26,912 nt of DNA from Treponema sp. (lineage in GTDB: Bacteria; Spirochaetota; Spirochaetia; Treponematales; Breznakiellaceae), in NCBI GenBank assembly GCA_031278715.1, contig JAITJW010000115.1:1-26912 (forward strand), given 5' to 3'. Position 1 is the stretch's first letter, and each line of letters opens with the position of its first letter. A program made the position numbers and the translations under genes. The notes beneath the pieces were generated by a model. The model worked only from the letters and a program-made list of their open reading frames with translations. It did no database searches and was not told the origin of the DNA. Shown here piece by piece: positions 1 to 8,203 of the stretch.

Positions 1-1
1 G

Positions 2-262
2 TACCTGTTTAAGCACACCACCGGCTATGCCCCGATAGAATTCTTTCTGAGGACAAAGATTCAGGCTTCGGCCAGGGATCTGTACTTTTCAAACCTGCCC
101 GTCAGGGATATTGCCCTGAGCTACGGCATAGAGGACCCCTATTATTTTTCGCGGCTTTTTAAAAAGATCATGGGTATATCACCGCTGAAGTTCCGTAAAA
201 CGGAAACAGGGTCAAACACCTTTGCAACAGGCTGCCGGCAGCTTGTTGCGCTTCGTGCATAA
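2..262 (+). CDS. AraC/XylS-family transcriptional regulator, C-terminal helix-turn-helix region (5' end outside the window)
   Basis: Frame 2 is open from the window edge to TAA at 260-262. The translation ...ARDLYFSNLPVRDIALSYGIEDPYYFSRLFKKIMGISPLKFRK fits the AraC second helix-turn-helix signature (IA..vGF.d..YFsR.FKK..G.SP..fR). Confidence 0.7.
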   Translation, partial: YLFKHTTGYAPIEFFLRTKIQASARDLYFSNLPVRDIALSYGIEDPYYFSRLFKKIMGISPLKFRKTETGSNTFATGCRQLVALRA

Positions 263-283
263 AACCTCCAGCCGCTCCTGGTC

Positions 284-1468
284 CTACTCTTCATTCTCAT
301 TCCCCTTCCGCAGTTCCGTCAGCGCCTGGAGGCCAAAGATGTCGTTCGCCTTGAGTTCTTCGGTAATGGAGTTGGGGACCAGCATCATGGAGTTCCCCGC
401 CTTAAGCCCCTCGTTCAAGATCGAAAGTACCTTGAGCTTCATGGCCGGTTCGTTTTTCGCGTAGATGATTACCGCCTCTTCCAGCCGTTTGGCGATTTCA
501 ATTTCCGCTTCCGCCAGGAGTACCCGGCCTTTCTTCTCCCGTTCCGCCTGGGCCAGCCGGGACAGGGAATCCTGGAGTTCTTCGGGTATCTGAATGTCGG
601 TAATTTCGATGTGTTGTATAGTGATGCCCCATTCGGTGGTCTTCCGGTCCACCTCTTCCTGGATCTGTTTCTGGATAACCTCCCCGTGTTCCAGAAACGT
701 GGAAAGGTCGTGGCTGGAAATGGCATTCCGCAGGGCGGTTTTGGCGGAAAGGATCACCGCGTCCTCGTAGTGTTCCACTTCAAGGACGGCCTTTTCCGGG
801 TCCCAGACCAGCCAGAAGCAGATGGCATCCACCGTAACGGTTACCGAATCCCCGGTAAGGGTTTCCTGGGCCGCAAAGTCGGTTACGCGGATCCTCAGAT
901 CTACAGTTTGCACCGCGCGGTCCAGCATCGGAATAAGGACAAAAAGGCCGGGACCCTTTACCGCGTGGAAACGGCCAAAACGGAGTATGATGGCCCGTTC
1001 CCATTCGTTGAGTTTCTGTACCGTGGGAACAATGAGGATCGCCAGCGCAGTGAAGAACAGGGTCAGGCCGTAGGGGAAGTCCGGCCGGGGGAACCAGCCT
1101 GAGCAGGCGATTCCTGCAATACAGCACAGGAGGATAAAGACCTTCAGGGCCACGACCCAGCGGGGGTACAGGACCATAACGAGGAGGGTCAAGGCGGGAA
1201 CGCCAAGGAGTATCCCTATTTCGGCAGGGGAAGGAAAACCGCTGCCCAGACCAAGACCGGTCAAGATAAAAAGCGCGATGATGGAGAGGAACCCCAGCCC
1301 TACGGCGCTCAAGGTAAAGTCCCGCTTTTTTTCCGGGGCGGCCTGCTTTTTGACCGATAGAGGCTTGTTCAGGGACTTGTCCGGAGACTTGTCCGAAAGG
1401 AGGTTCTCGTCACGGCGTTTCAGTTTAGGTCCGCCGGCTCCGGCCGCTTCACTTTGCTTCTTGAACAT
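284..1468 (-). CDS. SPFH/band-7 (stomatin/prohibitin-like) membrane protein with a basic N-terminal tail and 3-4 predicted transmembrane helices
   Basis: 394-aa ORF with an ATG start. RBS AAGGAG lies 9 nt upstream of the ATG. Hydrophobic helices precede a clear PHB domain (ERAIILRFGRFHAVKGPGLFVLIPMLDRAVQTVDLRIRV...TLTGDSVTVTVDAICFWLV) followed by a coiled-coil-like EAEIEIAKRLEEA segment. Confidence 0.85.
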   Translation of the reverse strand: MFKKQSEAAGAGGPKLKRRDENLLSDKSPDKSLNKPLSVKKQAAPEKKRDFTLSAVGLGFLSIIALFILTGLGLGSGFPSPAEIGILLGVPALTLLVMVLYPRWVVALKVFILLCCIAGIACSGWFPRPDFPYGLTLFFTALAILIVPTVQKLNEWERAIILRFGRFHAVKGPGLFVLIPMLDRAVQTVDLRIRVTDFAAQETLTGDSVTVTVDAICFWLVWDPEKAVLEVEHYEDAVILSAKTALRNAISSHDLSTFLEHGEVIQKQIQEEVDRKTTEWGITIQHIEITDIQIPEELQDSLSRLAQAEREKKGRVLLAEAEIEIAKRLEEAVIIYAKNEPAMKLKVLSILNEGLKAGNSMMLVPNSITEELKANDIFGLQALTELRKGNENEE

Positions 1469-1886
1469 CTTCTGCTTCTCCTTTGTACGTACGGATCAGC
1501 TCCGGGAGTTCCGCCTTATCCACCCCCAGCGCCTTCATATCCTGAACGAAGCGGCCCAGTACCTCCCGGATTTTCCGGTTAAGCCCTTCCGCAGCGGAAA
1601 CTGCCGCTCCTACAAGAGGCGCCTTGTCCGATACGTAGGTCCCGCTCCCCACCTGGGTGGCCAGAATCCCCCGAATTTCCAGTTCCCCGTAGGCTTTGGC
1701 GATGGTATTGGGGTTGATCTTCAGCTCCACTGCCAGGGAACGGATGGTGGGCAGCCGGTCACCGGGCTTCATACGCCCCGAAAGGATGGCGTACTCGATC
1801 TGCTGAATGATCTGCCGGTAAATCGGCGCGCCGTCGGCCGGGTTTAGCGTAAAACTGATCGCCGGTCCCGCCATTGTACTATTCAT
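1449..1886 (-). CDS. Short GntR-family (YtrA-like) transcriptional regulator; its stop overlaps the SPFH start by 20 nt
   Basis: 145 aa. The N-terminal winged helix-turn-helix (PIYRQIIQQIEYAILSGRMKPGDRLPTIRSLAVELKINPNTIAKAYGELEIRGIL) is typical of GntR. The short C-terminal extension is typical of the YtrA subfamily. The start is ATG at 1886 or the in-frame ATG at 1874. Confidence 0.8.
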   Translation of the reverse strand: MNSTMAGPAISFTLNPADGAPIYRQIIQQIEYAILSGRMKPGDRLPTIRSLAVELKINPNTIAKAYGELEIRGILATQVGSGTYVSDKAPLVGAAVSAAEGLNRKIREVLGRFVQDMKALGVDKAELPELIRTYKGEAEDVQEAK

Positions 1887-1898
1887 CTAGTACAATGG
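1871..1898. promoter_or_regulatory. Perfect 11-bp inverted repeat CCATTGTACTA-N6-TAGTACAATGG over the GntR start codon; candidate autoregulatory operator
   Basis: Read directly from the sequence: ccattgtactattcatctagtacaatgg. Both candidate start codons of the GntR gene lie inside it. A TTGACA hexamer sits just upstream on the minus strand at about 1911-1916. GntR/YtrA regulators bind palindromes of this kind. Confidence 0.4.
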
Positions 1899-1932
1899 TA
1901 AATATATTGGCCCTTATGTCAAGGGTGAATGC

Positions 1933-1962
1933 TTACAGGACCGGCGCCCCTTATGGTATACT
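1933..1962 (+). promoter_or_regulatory. Sigma-70-type promoter for the hemerythrin gene (-35 TTACAG, 18-nt spacer, extended -10 TGgTATACT)
   Basis: TTACAG at 1933-1938 and TGGTATACT ending at 1962. GGAGG lies 9 nt upstream of the ATG at 1983. Confidence 0.4.
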
Positions 1963-1982
1963 GCCCGTGGAGGAATCGTGCC

Positions 1983-2438
1983 ATGTCTGATGAATCGACA
2001 ATTCTAGTCAAATGGGATGACAAATATTCGGTGGGGATTCCGTTGATTGACGAGCAGCACAAGGAATTGATACGCCTTACCAACGAACTGTACCAGGGTT
2101 GTCTGGCAGGAGATGCCACCGCCTATGATTTTTTCTTTAACACCATCCGCAAGGCGATGAACTATGTGAAGTACCACTTCTCCGCGGAAGAGAAGATATT
2201 GGAAAACATCAAGTATCCCTACCTGGCGGAACACAAAAAACAGCACGAAGATTTTGTGCTTAAAATGGTGGAAGATGTGAAAAGCTTCCAGAAGGGCAAA
2301 AAATTCGTTCCCAATAACTTTGTCCGCTTTCTTAAGGAGTGGATACTCTCCCACATCGCCATTGTGGACACTCAATACGCCAAGTACATCATCAGCCTTA
2401 AAAAGCAGGGGAAGCTGCCCGGCGTATTGGGCTCCTAG
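1983..2438 (+). CDS. Hemerythrin-like (bacteriohemerythrin) non-heme di-iron protein
   Basis: [32 protein letters not shown]... carries the W..Y.VG...ID.QH N-terminal motif. Spaced HF..EE, H...H and H...D iron ligands follow. The RBS favours the ATG at 1983 over the track's 1929. Confidence 0.8.
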   Translation: MSDESTILVKWDDKYSVGIPLIDEQHKELIRLTNELYQGCLAGDATAYDFFFNTIRKAMNYVKYHFSAEEKILENIKYPYLAEHKKQHEDFVLKMVEDVKSFQKGKKFVPNNFVRFLKEWILSHIAIVDTQYAKYIISLKKQGKLPGVLGS

Positions 2439-2463
2439 TGAAACATAAAAAAGTTTATTTCTT

Positions 2464-2517
2464 GAGCTTGTTCCAAAACTAATTGACGGTGCGCTAAACG
2501 CGCACGGTTTTGGAACA
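2464..2517. repeat. Nested-hairpin palindromic repeat, copy 1 (outer stem gttccaaaac/gttttggaac; 27-nt loop holding the mini-hairpin gtgcgc-taaa-cgcgcac). Probable bidirectional intrinsic terminator between the convergent hemerythrin and tRNA-Leu genes
   Basis: The inverted repeat is read directly from the sequence. On the minus strand the hairpin is followed by AAATAAACTTTTTTATG, a T-run. On the plus strand it is followed by tctcttgtat. A near-identical copy lies at 25467-25525. Confidence 0.6.
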
Positions 2518-2529
2518 GCCTCTCTTGTA

Positions 2530-2612
2530 TGCCGGGAACGGGACTCGAACCCGTACCCCCTTGCGGGGAGGGGATTTTAAGTCCCCGTTGTCTACCATTC
2601 CAACATCCCGGC
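2530..2612 (-). tRNA. tRNA-Leu, anticodon UAA, class II with a long variable arm; CCA not encoded
   Basis: The reverse complement folds as a cloverleaf with acceptor GCCGGGA/UCCCGGC and a 3-bp D stem. The anticodon stem is GGGGA/UCCCC with loop CUUAAAA (U33, anticodon UAA, A37). A 15-nt variable arm is followed by T stem ACGGG/CCCGU, T-loop UUCGAGU and discriminator A. Confidence 0.9.
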
Positions 2613-2643
2613 AAAAGCACGCCGTAGGCGTGTTTGCAAAACA

Positions 2644-2649
2644 ATTATA
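2644..2649 (-). promoter_or_regulatory. Perfect TATAAT -10 hexamer about 31 nt upstream of the tRNA-Leu 5' end (minus strand)
   Basis: Plus-strand attata at 2644-2649 gives TATAAT on the minus strand. A weak -35 (ATTTAC/TTTACC) lies 15-16 nt upstream. The leader contains the palindrome cacgcc-tac-ggcgtg. Confidence 0.35.
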
Positions 2650-2693
2650 GCACGGGACGGCGCAGGTAAATTGCCCTGCCCCGTGCTACGATA

Positions 2694-2711
2694 GGCCCCC
2701 TTCAGGGGGCC
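2694..2711. terminator. Perfect GC hairpin ggccccc-ttca-gggggcc downstream of the alcohol dehydrogenase stop (no T-run)
   Basis: 7-bp stem with a 4-nt loop, read directly. It lies 78 nt past the dehydrogenase stop on the minus strand. A tandem 16-bp duplication (gcgcgccgcccggcaa x2, 2714-2745) lies between the dehydrogenase stop and this hairpin, and no U-tract follows. It could be a rho-dependent or structural element. Confidence 0.3.
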
Positions 2712-2788
2712 GTGCGCGCCGCCCGGCAAGCGCGCCGCCCGGCAAGCAGGCCCTGAGGCGTGTCATAACCTGTTACGGGTATTGTACC

Positions 2789-3961
2789 CTATGTTAAGGC
2801 AAGGCGGTAGATGGCTTCGATATCCGGGGCATGGAGCTTGCGGTAGTTCCCCACGGGGCCGAATTTGACCGCCTGCTCCGCCATGAGGGGTATCTTGGCG
2901 CCATCCAGTCCGGCATCTTTGAAAGACACGGGGAGCCCGATGGATGTAAAAAAGTTTTTCATCCTGAACACCCCCTCCAGGGCGGCCTGCTGGTAATCGT
3001 AAAACGCGCCGTCTACGCCCCAGACCTTGGCGGCAAAACGGGCCAGGCGCGGGGTGTCCTCGTTGATGTTGTAGGTGATCCACGCGGGAAACACGATGGC
3101 AAGGCCCGCACCGTGGGCAATGTCGAAAACCGCGGACATTTCGTGTTCGATCTGGTGGCTTCCCCAGTCGCCAATGCGTCCGGTGGAGAGGAAGTTGTTG
3201 TGGGCGATGGAACCGGCCCACATCAGTTCCGCGCGGGCGTCGTAGTCCTGTTCCCCAGCGCCGGTGATGACACGGCGGGCGTTGCGGATGATCACGCGCA
3301 TGGCAGCCTCGCAGAGTTCGTCGGTCAGTTCTACATGGGGTTCCCGTGTAAAATACCGCTCCATGATGTGGGCCAGCATGTCCGCCACCCCGCAGGCGGT
3401 CTGGAAAGGCGGCAGCGTAAACGTAACTTCCGGGTTGAGGATCGAAAAAACCGGGCGGATACACTCCTCATTCAACCCGCGCTTCCAGGGGCCAGCCTCG
3501 TTGGTGATCACCGCGCTGACGCTGCTTTCGCTGCCCGCGGCGGGAATGGTCAGTACCGTGGCTACCGGCAGGGCGGCGGCGACAGTTTTTTTGTGTTCAA
3601 AAAAATCCCACACGTCCCCGTCGTAGAGGGCGCCCATAGCGATGGCCTTGGCGGAGTCGATAACCGAACCGCCCCCCACGGCCAGAATAAAGCCCAGTTT
3701 TTCCCGTTTACAGATCTCCACGCCTTTGTGGACCAGGGAAAGGCGGGGGTTGGGTTTTACGCCGTCCAGTTCCACCCAGGATACGCCGGCGGCGCTAAGG
3801 CTTTTCTTCACCTTGTCCAGATAGCCGGTCCGCACCACGCTTCCCCCGGAGTGGTGGAGCAGGATACGTGTGGCGTAGAGGGCGGTTTCCTGGCCTGTCA
3901 GGGCCTCCGTCCCCTTCCCAAAGATGATCTTGGTCCGGTTGTAATATTCAAAATTCTGCAT
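2789..3961 (-). CDS. Iron-containing (group III) alcohol dehydrogenase, butanol dehydrogenase/YqhD-like
   Basis: The GGGSVIDSAKAIA motif and overall Fe-ADH architecture are present. The track's start at 3976 is a GTG. AGGAGG lies 5 nt upstream of the ATG at 3961 (MQNFEYYNRTKIIFGKG), so I call 3961 as the start. Confidence 0.85.
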   Translation of the reverse strand: MQNFEYYNRTKIIFGKGTEALTGQETALYATRILLHHSGGSVVRTGYLDKVKKSLSAAGVSWVELDGVKPNPRLSLVHKGVEICKREKLGFILAVGGGSVIDSAKAIAMGALYDGDVWDFFEHKKTVAAALPVATVLTIPAAGSESSVSAVITNEAGPWKRGLNEECIRPVFSILNPEVTFTLPPFQTACGVADMLAHIMERYFTREPHVELTDELCEAAMRVIIRNARRVITGAGEQDYDARAELMWAGSIAHNNFLSTGRIGDWGSHQIEHEMSAVFDIAHGAGLAIVFPAWITYNINEDTPRLARFAAKVWGVDGAFYDYQQAALEGVFRMKNFFTSIGLPVSFKDAGLDGAKIPLMAEQAVKFGPVGNYRKLHAPDIEAIYRLALT

Positions 3962-4025
3962 GGTCTCCTCCTGCACGCGGTTAGTCAGATGATATGTTCA
4001 GGCGATACAACAAACTATCATACCA

Positions 4026-4058
4026 TAAAAAAGCTGCCCGGAATAGGTTCCGGGCAGC
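4026..4058 (-). terminator. Rho-independent terminator after glnN (11-bp stem gctgcccggaa/ttccgggcagc, loop tagg, followed by TTTTTT on the minus strand)
   Basis: The hairpin at 4033-4058 is read directly. The plus-strand A-run at 4027-4032 gives a U-tract immediately 3' of the stem on the minus strand. Confidence 0.6.
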
Positions 4059-4107
4059 CTCACCTGTCCTTTTTGCGGATTCTCCGGGGACCGCCGCCCG
4101 CCTGTCA

Positions 4108-6255
4108 TTACAGCTTAAACAACAGTTCCTCGTAGCCGGGGAAGGGCCACGCGTCTTTGGCGACGATCTTCTCAAGAGCGTCCGCTTTGCCGCGGACTGT
4201 GTCCATGCCGGGGCGGATCTTCTCGCAGTAGGCTTTGGCCTGGGCAAATACATCCTCGATCCCCTGGGCTTCGGTTAAGAGGGTCTCCAGTTTGGCGGTT
4301 TCTTCAAAGAGTTCACCTGCCAGATCGGCGATGCGTTTGGCCCGTTTTGACTGGGCGGCGTTGCTGGCCCCGATCCCCGCCAGGGCCGCGGCGTCCTGAG
4401 CCAGGGCCGCGGCATAGGAGCTGACCGCGGGGAAGATGTAACGGCGGGCCAGATCGATAGTAACCCCCGCCTCGATGTTCACCTGTTTGGAGTACTTTTC
4501 CAGATAGATGTGGTAGCGGCTTTCCAGTTCTTCCTTGGTCAACACCTTGTGGGTCTCAAACAGCGATACGGTCTCGCTGCGGATAAGGACCTGCAGGGCG
4601 TCTACGGCGCTGCGCACGTTGGGCAGGCCGCGGCGTTCCGCTTCCAGCACCCATTCATCGGAGTAGTTGTTGCCGTTGAATACCACCTTCCGGTGCCTGG
4701 CGTAGGATTCCTTAATGATGTTCTGGATAGCCTCGTGTTTGTTGGAAGCAGATTCAAGCCTGTCGGCAAACTCAGCCAGTACCTGGGCCACAGCCACATT
4801 GAGGTAGGTGTTGGGGGTCGCGATGGACTGGGAGGAACCGACCATGCGGAATTCAAACTTGTTTCCCGTAAAGGCGAAGGGGCTGGTACGGTTCCTGTCG
4901 GACACGTCTTTGGGCAGCGTGGGAAGGCTGGTAACGCCGATCTTGATTGTGGCGCCGCTTTCGGCCTTGCCCCCGGTTTTACCTTCGGCGATATTGTCCA
5001 GAATTTCCGTAAGGGGTCCCCCGAAGAAGACGGAGATAATCGCCGGGGGGGCCTCGTTGGCGCCCAGCCGGTGTTCGTTGGCGCTGGTGGCCGTGGACGA
5101 GCGGATAAGCAGGGCATAGCGGTCCACCGCCTCCACCACCGCGGCGGCAAAGAGGAGAAACCGGGCGTTGGACGCAGGATCGTCCCCAGGTTCAAAGAGG
5201 TTAAGGCCGTCGTCGGTGGCCATAGACCAGTTATTGTGCTTGCCGGAACCGTTGACTCCCGCGAAGGGTTTTTCGTGGAGCAGGCCCTCAAGTCCGTGAC
5301 GGCGGGCCACACTGCGGATCGTCTCCATAACTAACTGGTTCGCGTCCACTGCCGCTGAACTGTTGGCATAGATGGGGGCAATCTCAAACTGGTTGGGGGC
5401 CACTTCATTATGCTGGGTTTTGGCGGGGATCCCCACCTTCCACAGTTCGTAGTTAAGTTCCCGCATAAAATCCGCGACGCGCTCTTTGATGGCGCCGAAG
5501 TAGTGATCCTCAAGTTCCTGCCCCTTGGCGGGGAGCGCGCCGAAAACCGTGCGGCCGGTCAGGATAAGGTCGGGCCGCTGATCGTAAAACTGTTTGTCTA
5601 CCAGGAAGTATTCCTGCTCCGGGCCTACGGTGGTGAATACCCGTTTGCTCGTGGTGTTCCCCAGGGACCTGAGGACACGGATAGCCTGGTATGAAAGGGC
5701 GTCGATGGATTTAAGCAGGGGTACTTTTTTATCCAGGGCCTGACCGTAGTAGCTGATAAATGCCGTGGGGATACACAGCGTAGTCCCGGTCTTATCCTGT
5801 TTAAGGAAGGCGGGGCTGGTTACGTCCCAGGCGGTGTACCCCCGCGCCTCAAACGTGGCCCGTAAGCCCCCGGAGGGGAACGAAGACGCGTCGGGTTCCC
5901 CCTTGATCAGCTCCTTGCCGGAAAATTCCAGCAGCACCCTGCCGTCCCCGGTGGGGGAGATAAAGGCGTCGTGCTTTTCCGCGGTCAGGCCGGTAAGGGG
6001 GTGGAACCAGTGGGTGTAGTGGCTGGCCCCTTTCTCAATGGCCCAGTCCCGCATGGAGGCGGCTACCACCTCCGCAACTTCCAGGGTCAGTTCCTTTTCC
6101 CCGGCCTGGACCGCCAGAATTTCCTTGTAGATATTTTTCGGAAGCCTTTCCCGCATCACCGCGTTGGAAAAGCAATTCGAACCGTACAACTCGGCTACCG
6201 GGGTTTCGGTAAAATCGACCTCCCCCCCGTGGCAGCAACCTTCACAACAACTCAT
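4108..6255 (-). CDS. glnN: Glutamine synthetase type III (GSIII, GlnN)
   Basis: About 715 aa, with the long GSIII-specific architecture. Conserved blocks are [66 protein letters not shown] and [23 protein letters not shown] lies 5 nt upstream of the ATG at 6255 (MSCCEGCC...). The track's ATG at 6291 has no RBS. Confidence 0.9.
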   Translation of the reverse strand: MSCCEGCCHGGEVDFTETPVAELYGSNCFSNAVMRERLPKNIYKEILAVQAGEKELTLEVAEVVAASMRDWAIEKGASHYTHWFHPLTGLTAEKHDAFISPTGDGRVLLEFSGKELIKGEPDASSFPSGGLRATFEARGYTAWDVTSPAFLKQDKTGTTLCIPTAFISYYGQALDKKVPLLKSIDALSYQAIRVLRSLGNTTSKRVFTTVGPEQEYFLVDKQFYDQRPDLILTGRTVFGALPAKGQELEDHYFGAIKERVADFMRELNYELWKVGIPAKTQHNEVAPNQFEIAPIYANSSAAVDANQLVMETIRSVARRHGLEGLLHEKPFAGVNGSGKHNNWSMATDDGLNLFEPGDDPASNARFLLFAAAVVEAVDRYALLIRSSTATSANEHRLGANEAPPAIISVFFGGPLTEILDNIAEGKTGGKAESGATIKIGVTSLPTLPKDVSDRNRTSPFAFTGNKFEFRMVGSSQSIATPNTYLNVAVAQVLAEFADRLESASNKHEAIQNIIKESYARHRKVVFNGNNYSDEWVLEAERRGLPNVRSAVDALQVLIRSETVSLFETHKVLTKEELESRYHIYLEKYSKQVNIEAGVTIDLARRYIFPAVSSYAAALAQDAAALAGIGASNAAQSKRAKRIADLAGELFEETAKLETLLTEAQGIEDVFAQAKAYCEKIRPGMDTVRGKADALEKIVAKDAWPFPGYEELLFKL

Positions 6256-6349
6256 ACATGCCTCCAACTTACGAAATATCGTCAACACCATTTCAAAACC
6301 ACGTAAGCTATGTGAGTTTTGAAACCGGCTTATCTATCAAAGATCATTT

Positions 6350-6406
6350 TGTCATAAAACGCAAGAAACCGGGACCGTTGAGGGGCGCGCCCCAACAACC
6401 CCGGTT
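6350..6406 (-). terminator. Nested GC hairpin (aaaccggg...ggggcgcgcccc...cccggttt) plus a U-rich tail between glnK and glnN
   Basis: Outer stem 6365-6372/6399-6406 and an inner perfect palindrome ggggcgcgcccc at 6381-6392. The minus-strand continuation is TTCTTGCGTTTTATG. Confidence 0.5.
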
Positions 6407-6411
6407 TGGTA

Positions 6412-6753
6412 TCAGCCGATGGCTACGTTACCCGTCTCTCCGGTTCTGATACGGATAGTTTCTTCGATGGGTAGGACAAAGATTTTTCCGTCCCCAATTT
6501 CACCGCTCCGGGCCCCGCGGATGATGGCGTCAACCGTGGGTTTAACAAAATTGTCATTCACGGCGATCTCTATACGGACTTTTTTAAGAAGGTTCACTTC
6601 CATCTCAACGCCGCGGAACTGTTCGGTGTAGCCTTTCTGCTGGCCGCAGCCCATAGCGTTGGTTACCGAGATCTTGTAGACTTCGGCCTTGAACAGCTCC
6701 TGCTTAACGTCGTTCAACGCATGGGGCTGGATATAGGCAACGATCATTTTCAT
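6412..6753 (-). CDS. glnK: PII nitrogen regulatory protein (GlnB/GlnK family), co-transcribed with amtB
   Basis: 112 aa, [20 protein letters not shown]...[25 protein letters not shown] lies 6 nt upstream. The T-loop reads [17 protein letters not shown], so the position equivalent to E. coli Tyr51 is Phe. Confidence 0.85.
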   Translation of the reverse strand: MKMIVAYIQPHALNDVKQELFKAEVYKISVTNAMGCGQQKGYTEQFRGVEMEVNLLKKVRIEIAVNDNFVKPTVDAIIRGARSGEIGDGKIFVLPIEETIRIRTGETGNVAIG

Positions 6754-6764
6754 ATTCCGCCTCC

Positions 6765-8126
6765 TTACATATTGCTGAAGATCTGGAAGCCGGCATACGC
6801 TTCCGCCTTGTGTTCAGACAGGTCAAGGCCCATCATCTCTTCTTTTGGACTAACCCGCAGGCCGGTGATTGCCTTGATGATAAAGAACAGCACCAGGCTG
6901 GTCAGGGCTGCCCATGCGCCCACCGCCAGGATGCCCACAAGCTGTTTCCCAAGCTGGGCAAAGCCGCCACCGTGGAGAAGTCCCAGGATACCGTCTTCCG
7001 GGGCGTTGGCCCAGATGCCGACGGCCAGGGTTCCGAAGATACCGCAGACACAGTGGACCGAAACCGCGCCCACCGGATCGTCAACTTTCAAAACTTTGTC
7101 GATAAATTCCACCGCCAGGACCACGAGAACCCCGCCGATAAGACCGATGACAACCGCGGCTGCAGGGGAAACGACACCGCAGGGCGCGGTTATCGCCACA
7201 AGGCCCGCCAAAAGCCCGTTCAGGGTCATGGACGCGTCGGGTTTTTTGAACCAGAACCAGGAGAAGATAAGGGCGCTTACCGCGCCGGCCGCCGCCGCAA
7301 GGGTTGTGGTGGTGCAGACACGGGAGATATTGATGCCGCTCCACACGCTGCCCCCGCCCAGAGAGGTGAGGGTAGAAGCGCCGTTAAAGCCGAACCAGCC
7401 GAAGAACAGCAGGAGGACGCCCAGCGCGGCGTAGGGGATGTTGTGACCGGGGAAGGCCTTGACGGTAACTTTCCCGTCTGCCCCTTTCACATATTTCCCG
7501 ATCCGGGGACCTAAGACAATGGCGCCCATGAGGGCCGCCCAGCCGCCTACGGAGTGAACCACCGTGGAGCCGGCAAAATCGTGGAAGCCAAGGCTTGTAA
7601 GCCAGCCGTCGGAACTCCAGGCCCAGTGTCCGGAAATAGGGTAAATAAAGGCGGAGATAAAACAGGTGTAGATCAGGTAGGACTTAAACTGGGTCCGTTC
7701 TGCCATTGCCCCCGAAACGATGGTAGCAGCGGTGGCGGCGAAGACCACCTGGAAAAACCAGTTTTTGTACACATCCGCGTTTTCCGCGGTCAGTTCCATG
7801 CTGCTGAAGAAAAACTGATCGGTTCCAATAAGACCGCCCAGCGCATCTTTCCCGTACATGAAACCCCAACCCAGGGCCCAGTACACAATGGCCCCAAAGC
7901 AGAAGTCCATCACGTTTTTCATCGTGATGTTGGTGGCGTTTTTCGCACGGGTCAGTCCTGTCTCCACCAGGGCGAAGCCTGCCTGCATGATGAACACCAG
8001 GATGGCCCCGATAAAAAGCCACACTACGTCCAGGGAGAATCCCAGACTTTCGATACTTTCCTGGGCAAAAAGGGAGACCCCCATACACGCCAACAGGATT
8101 ACCAGGATGCCGATTCTCTTTCGCAC
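6765..8126 (-). CDS. amtB: Ammonium transporter (Amt family) with an N-terminal signal peptide
   Basis: Amt fold throughout ([13 protein letters not shown]..., multiple transmembrane helices). The track's ATG at 8180 lies at or upstream of the predicted sigma-54 transcription start and has no RBS. The GTG at 8126 has GAGGAGG 8 nt upstream and gives [22 protein letters not shown], a typical signal peptide. Confidence 0.85.
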   Translation of the reverse strand: MRKRIGILVILLACMGVSLFAQESIESLGFSLDVVWLFIGAILVFIMQAGFALVETGLTRAKNATNITMKNVMDFCFGAIVYWALGWGFMYGKDALGGLIGTDQFFFSSMELTAENADVYKNWFFQVVFAATAATIVSGAMAERTQFKSYLIYTCFISAFIYPISGHWAWSSDGWLTSLGFHDFAGSTVVHSVGGWAALMGAIVLGPRIGKYVKGADGKVTVKAFPGHNIPYAALGVLLLFFGWFGFNGASTLTSLGGGSVWSGINISRVCTTTTLAAAAGAVSALIFSWFWFKKPDASMTLNGLLAGLVAITAPCGVVSPAAAVVIGLIGGVLVVLAVEFIDKVLKVDDPVGAVSVHCVCGIFGTLAVGIWANAPEDGILGLLHGGGFAQLGKQLVGILAVGAWAALTSLVLFFIIKAITGLRVSPKEEMMGLDLSEHKAEAYAGFQIFSNM

Positions 8127-8203
8127 GTTTCTGTCCTCCTCACTAAGTGTTACCGGGCCGGTCCCGGCGCTTTTGTGCACGGCGGCCCTGTTTCTTTTAA
8201 TAA

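Noticed and set aside
2831-4135. 434-aa plus-strand ORF antisense to the alcohol dehydrogenase
   Set aside because: The alcohol dehydrogenase frame has the diagnostic GGGSVIDSAKA motif. The antisense ORF has no motifs and a biased Gly/Arg/Val composition.
4510-5334. 274-aa and 236-aa ORFs (both strands) inside glnN
   Set aside because: They are fully nested in the strongly conserved GSIII frame and are artefacts of GC-rich codon usage.
6258-6411. Searched for a sigma-54 or NtcA-type promoter for glnN between glnK and glnN
   Set aside because: There is no GG-N10-GC element with TTGC, and only weak sigma-70-like hexamers (TTGACG / TAAGTT at 8-nt spacing, TTGCGT...TTTGAT at 17-nt spacing). I therefore did not annotate a promoter. 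glnN may depend on read-through, or on a promoter I cannot recognise.
6721-7514. Plus-strand ORFs of 234-237 aa antisense to amtB
   Set aside because: The Amt frame is unambiguous. The antisense products are Arg/Pro/Ala-rich and low-complexity.
8180-8180. ATG at 8180 as the amtB start, as in the ORF track
   Set aside because: It lies at or upstream of the predicted sigma-54 transcription start and has no RBS. The first 18 residues (MHKSAGTGPVTLSEEDRN) precede a textbook signal peptide that begins at the GTG at 8126, which has GAGGAGG upstream.
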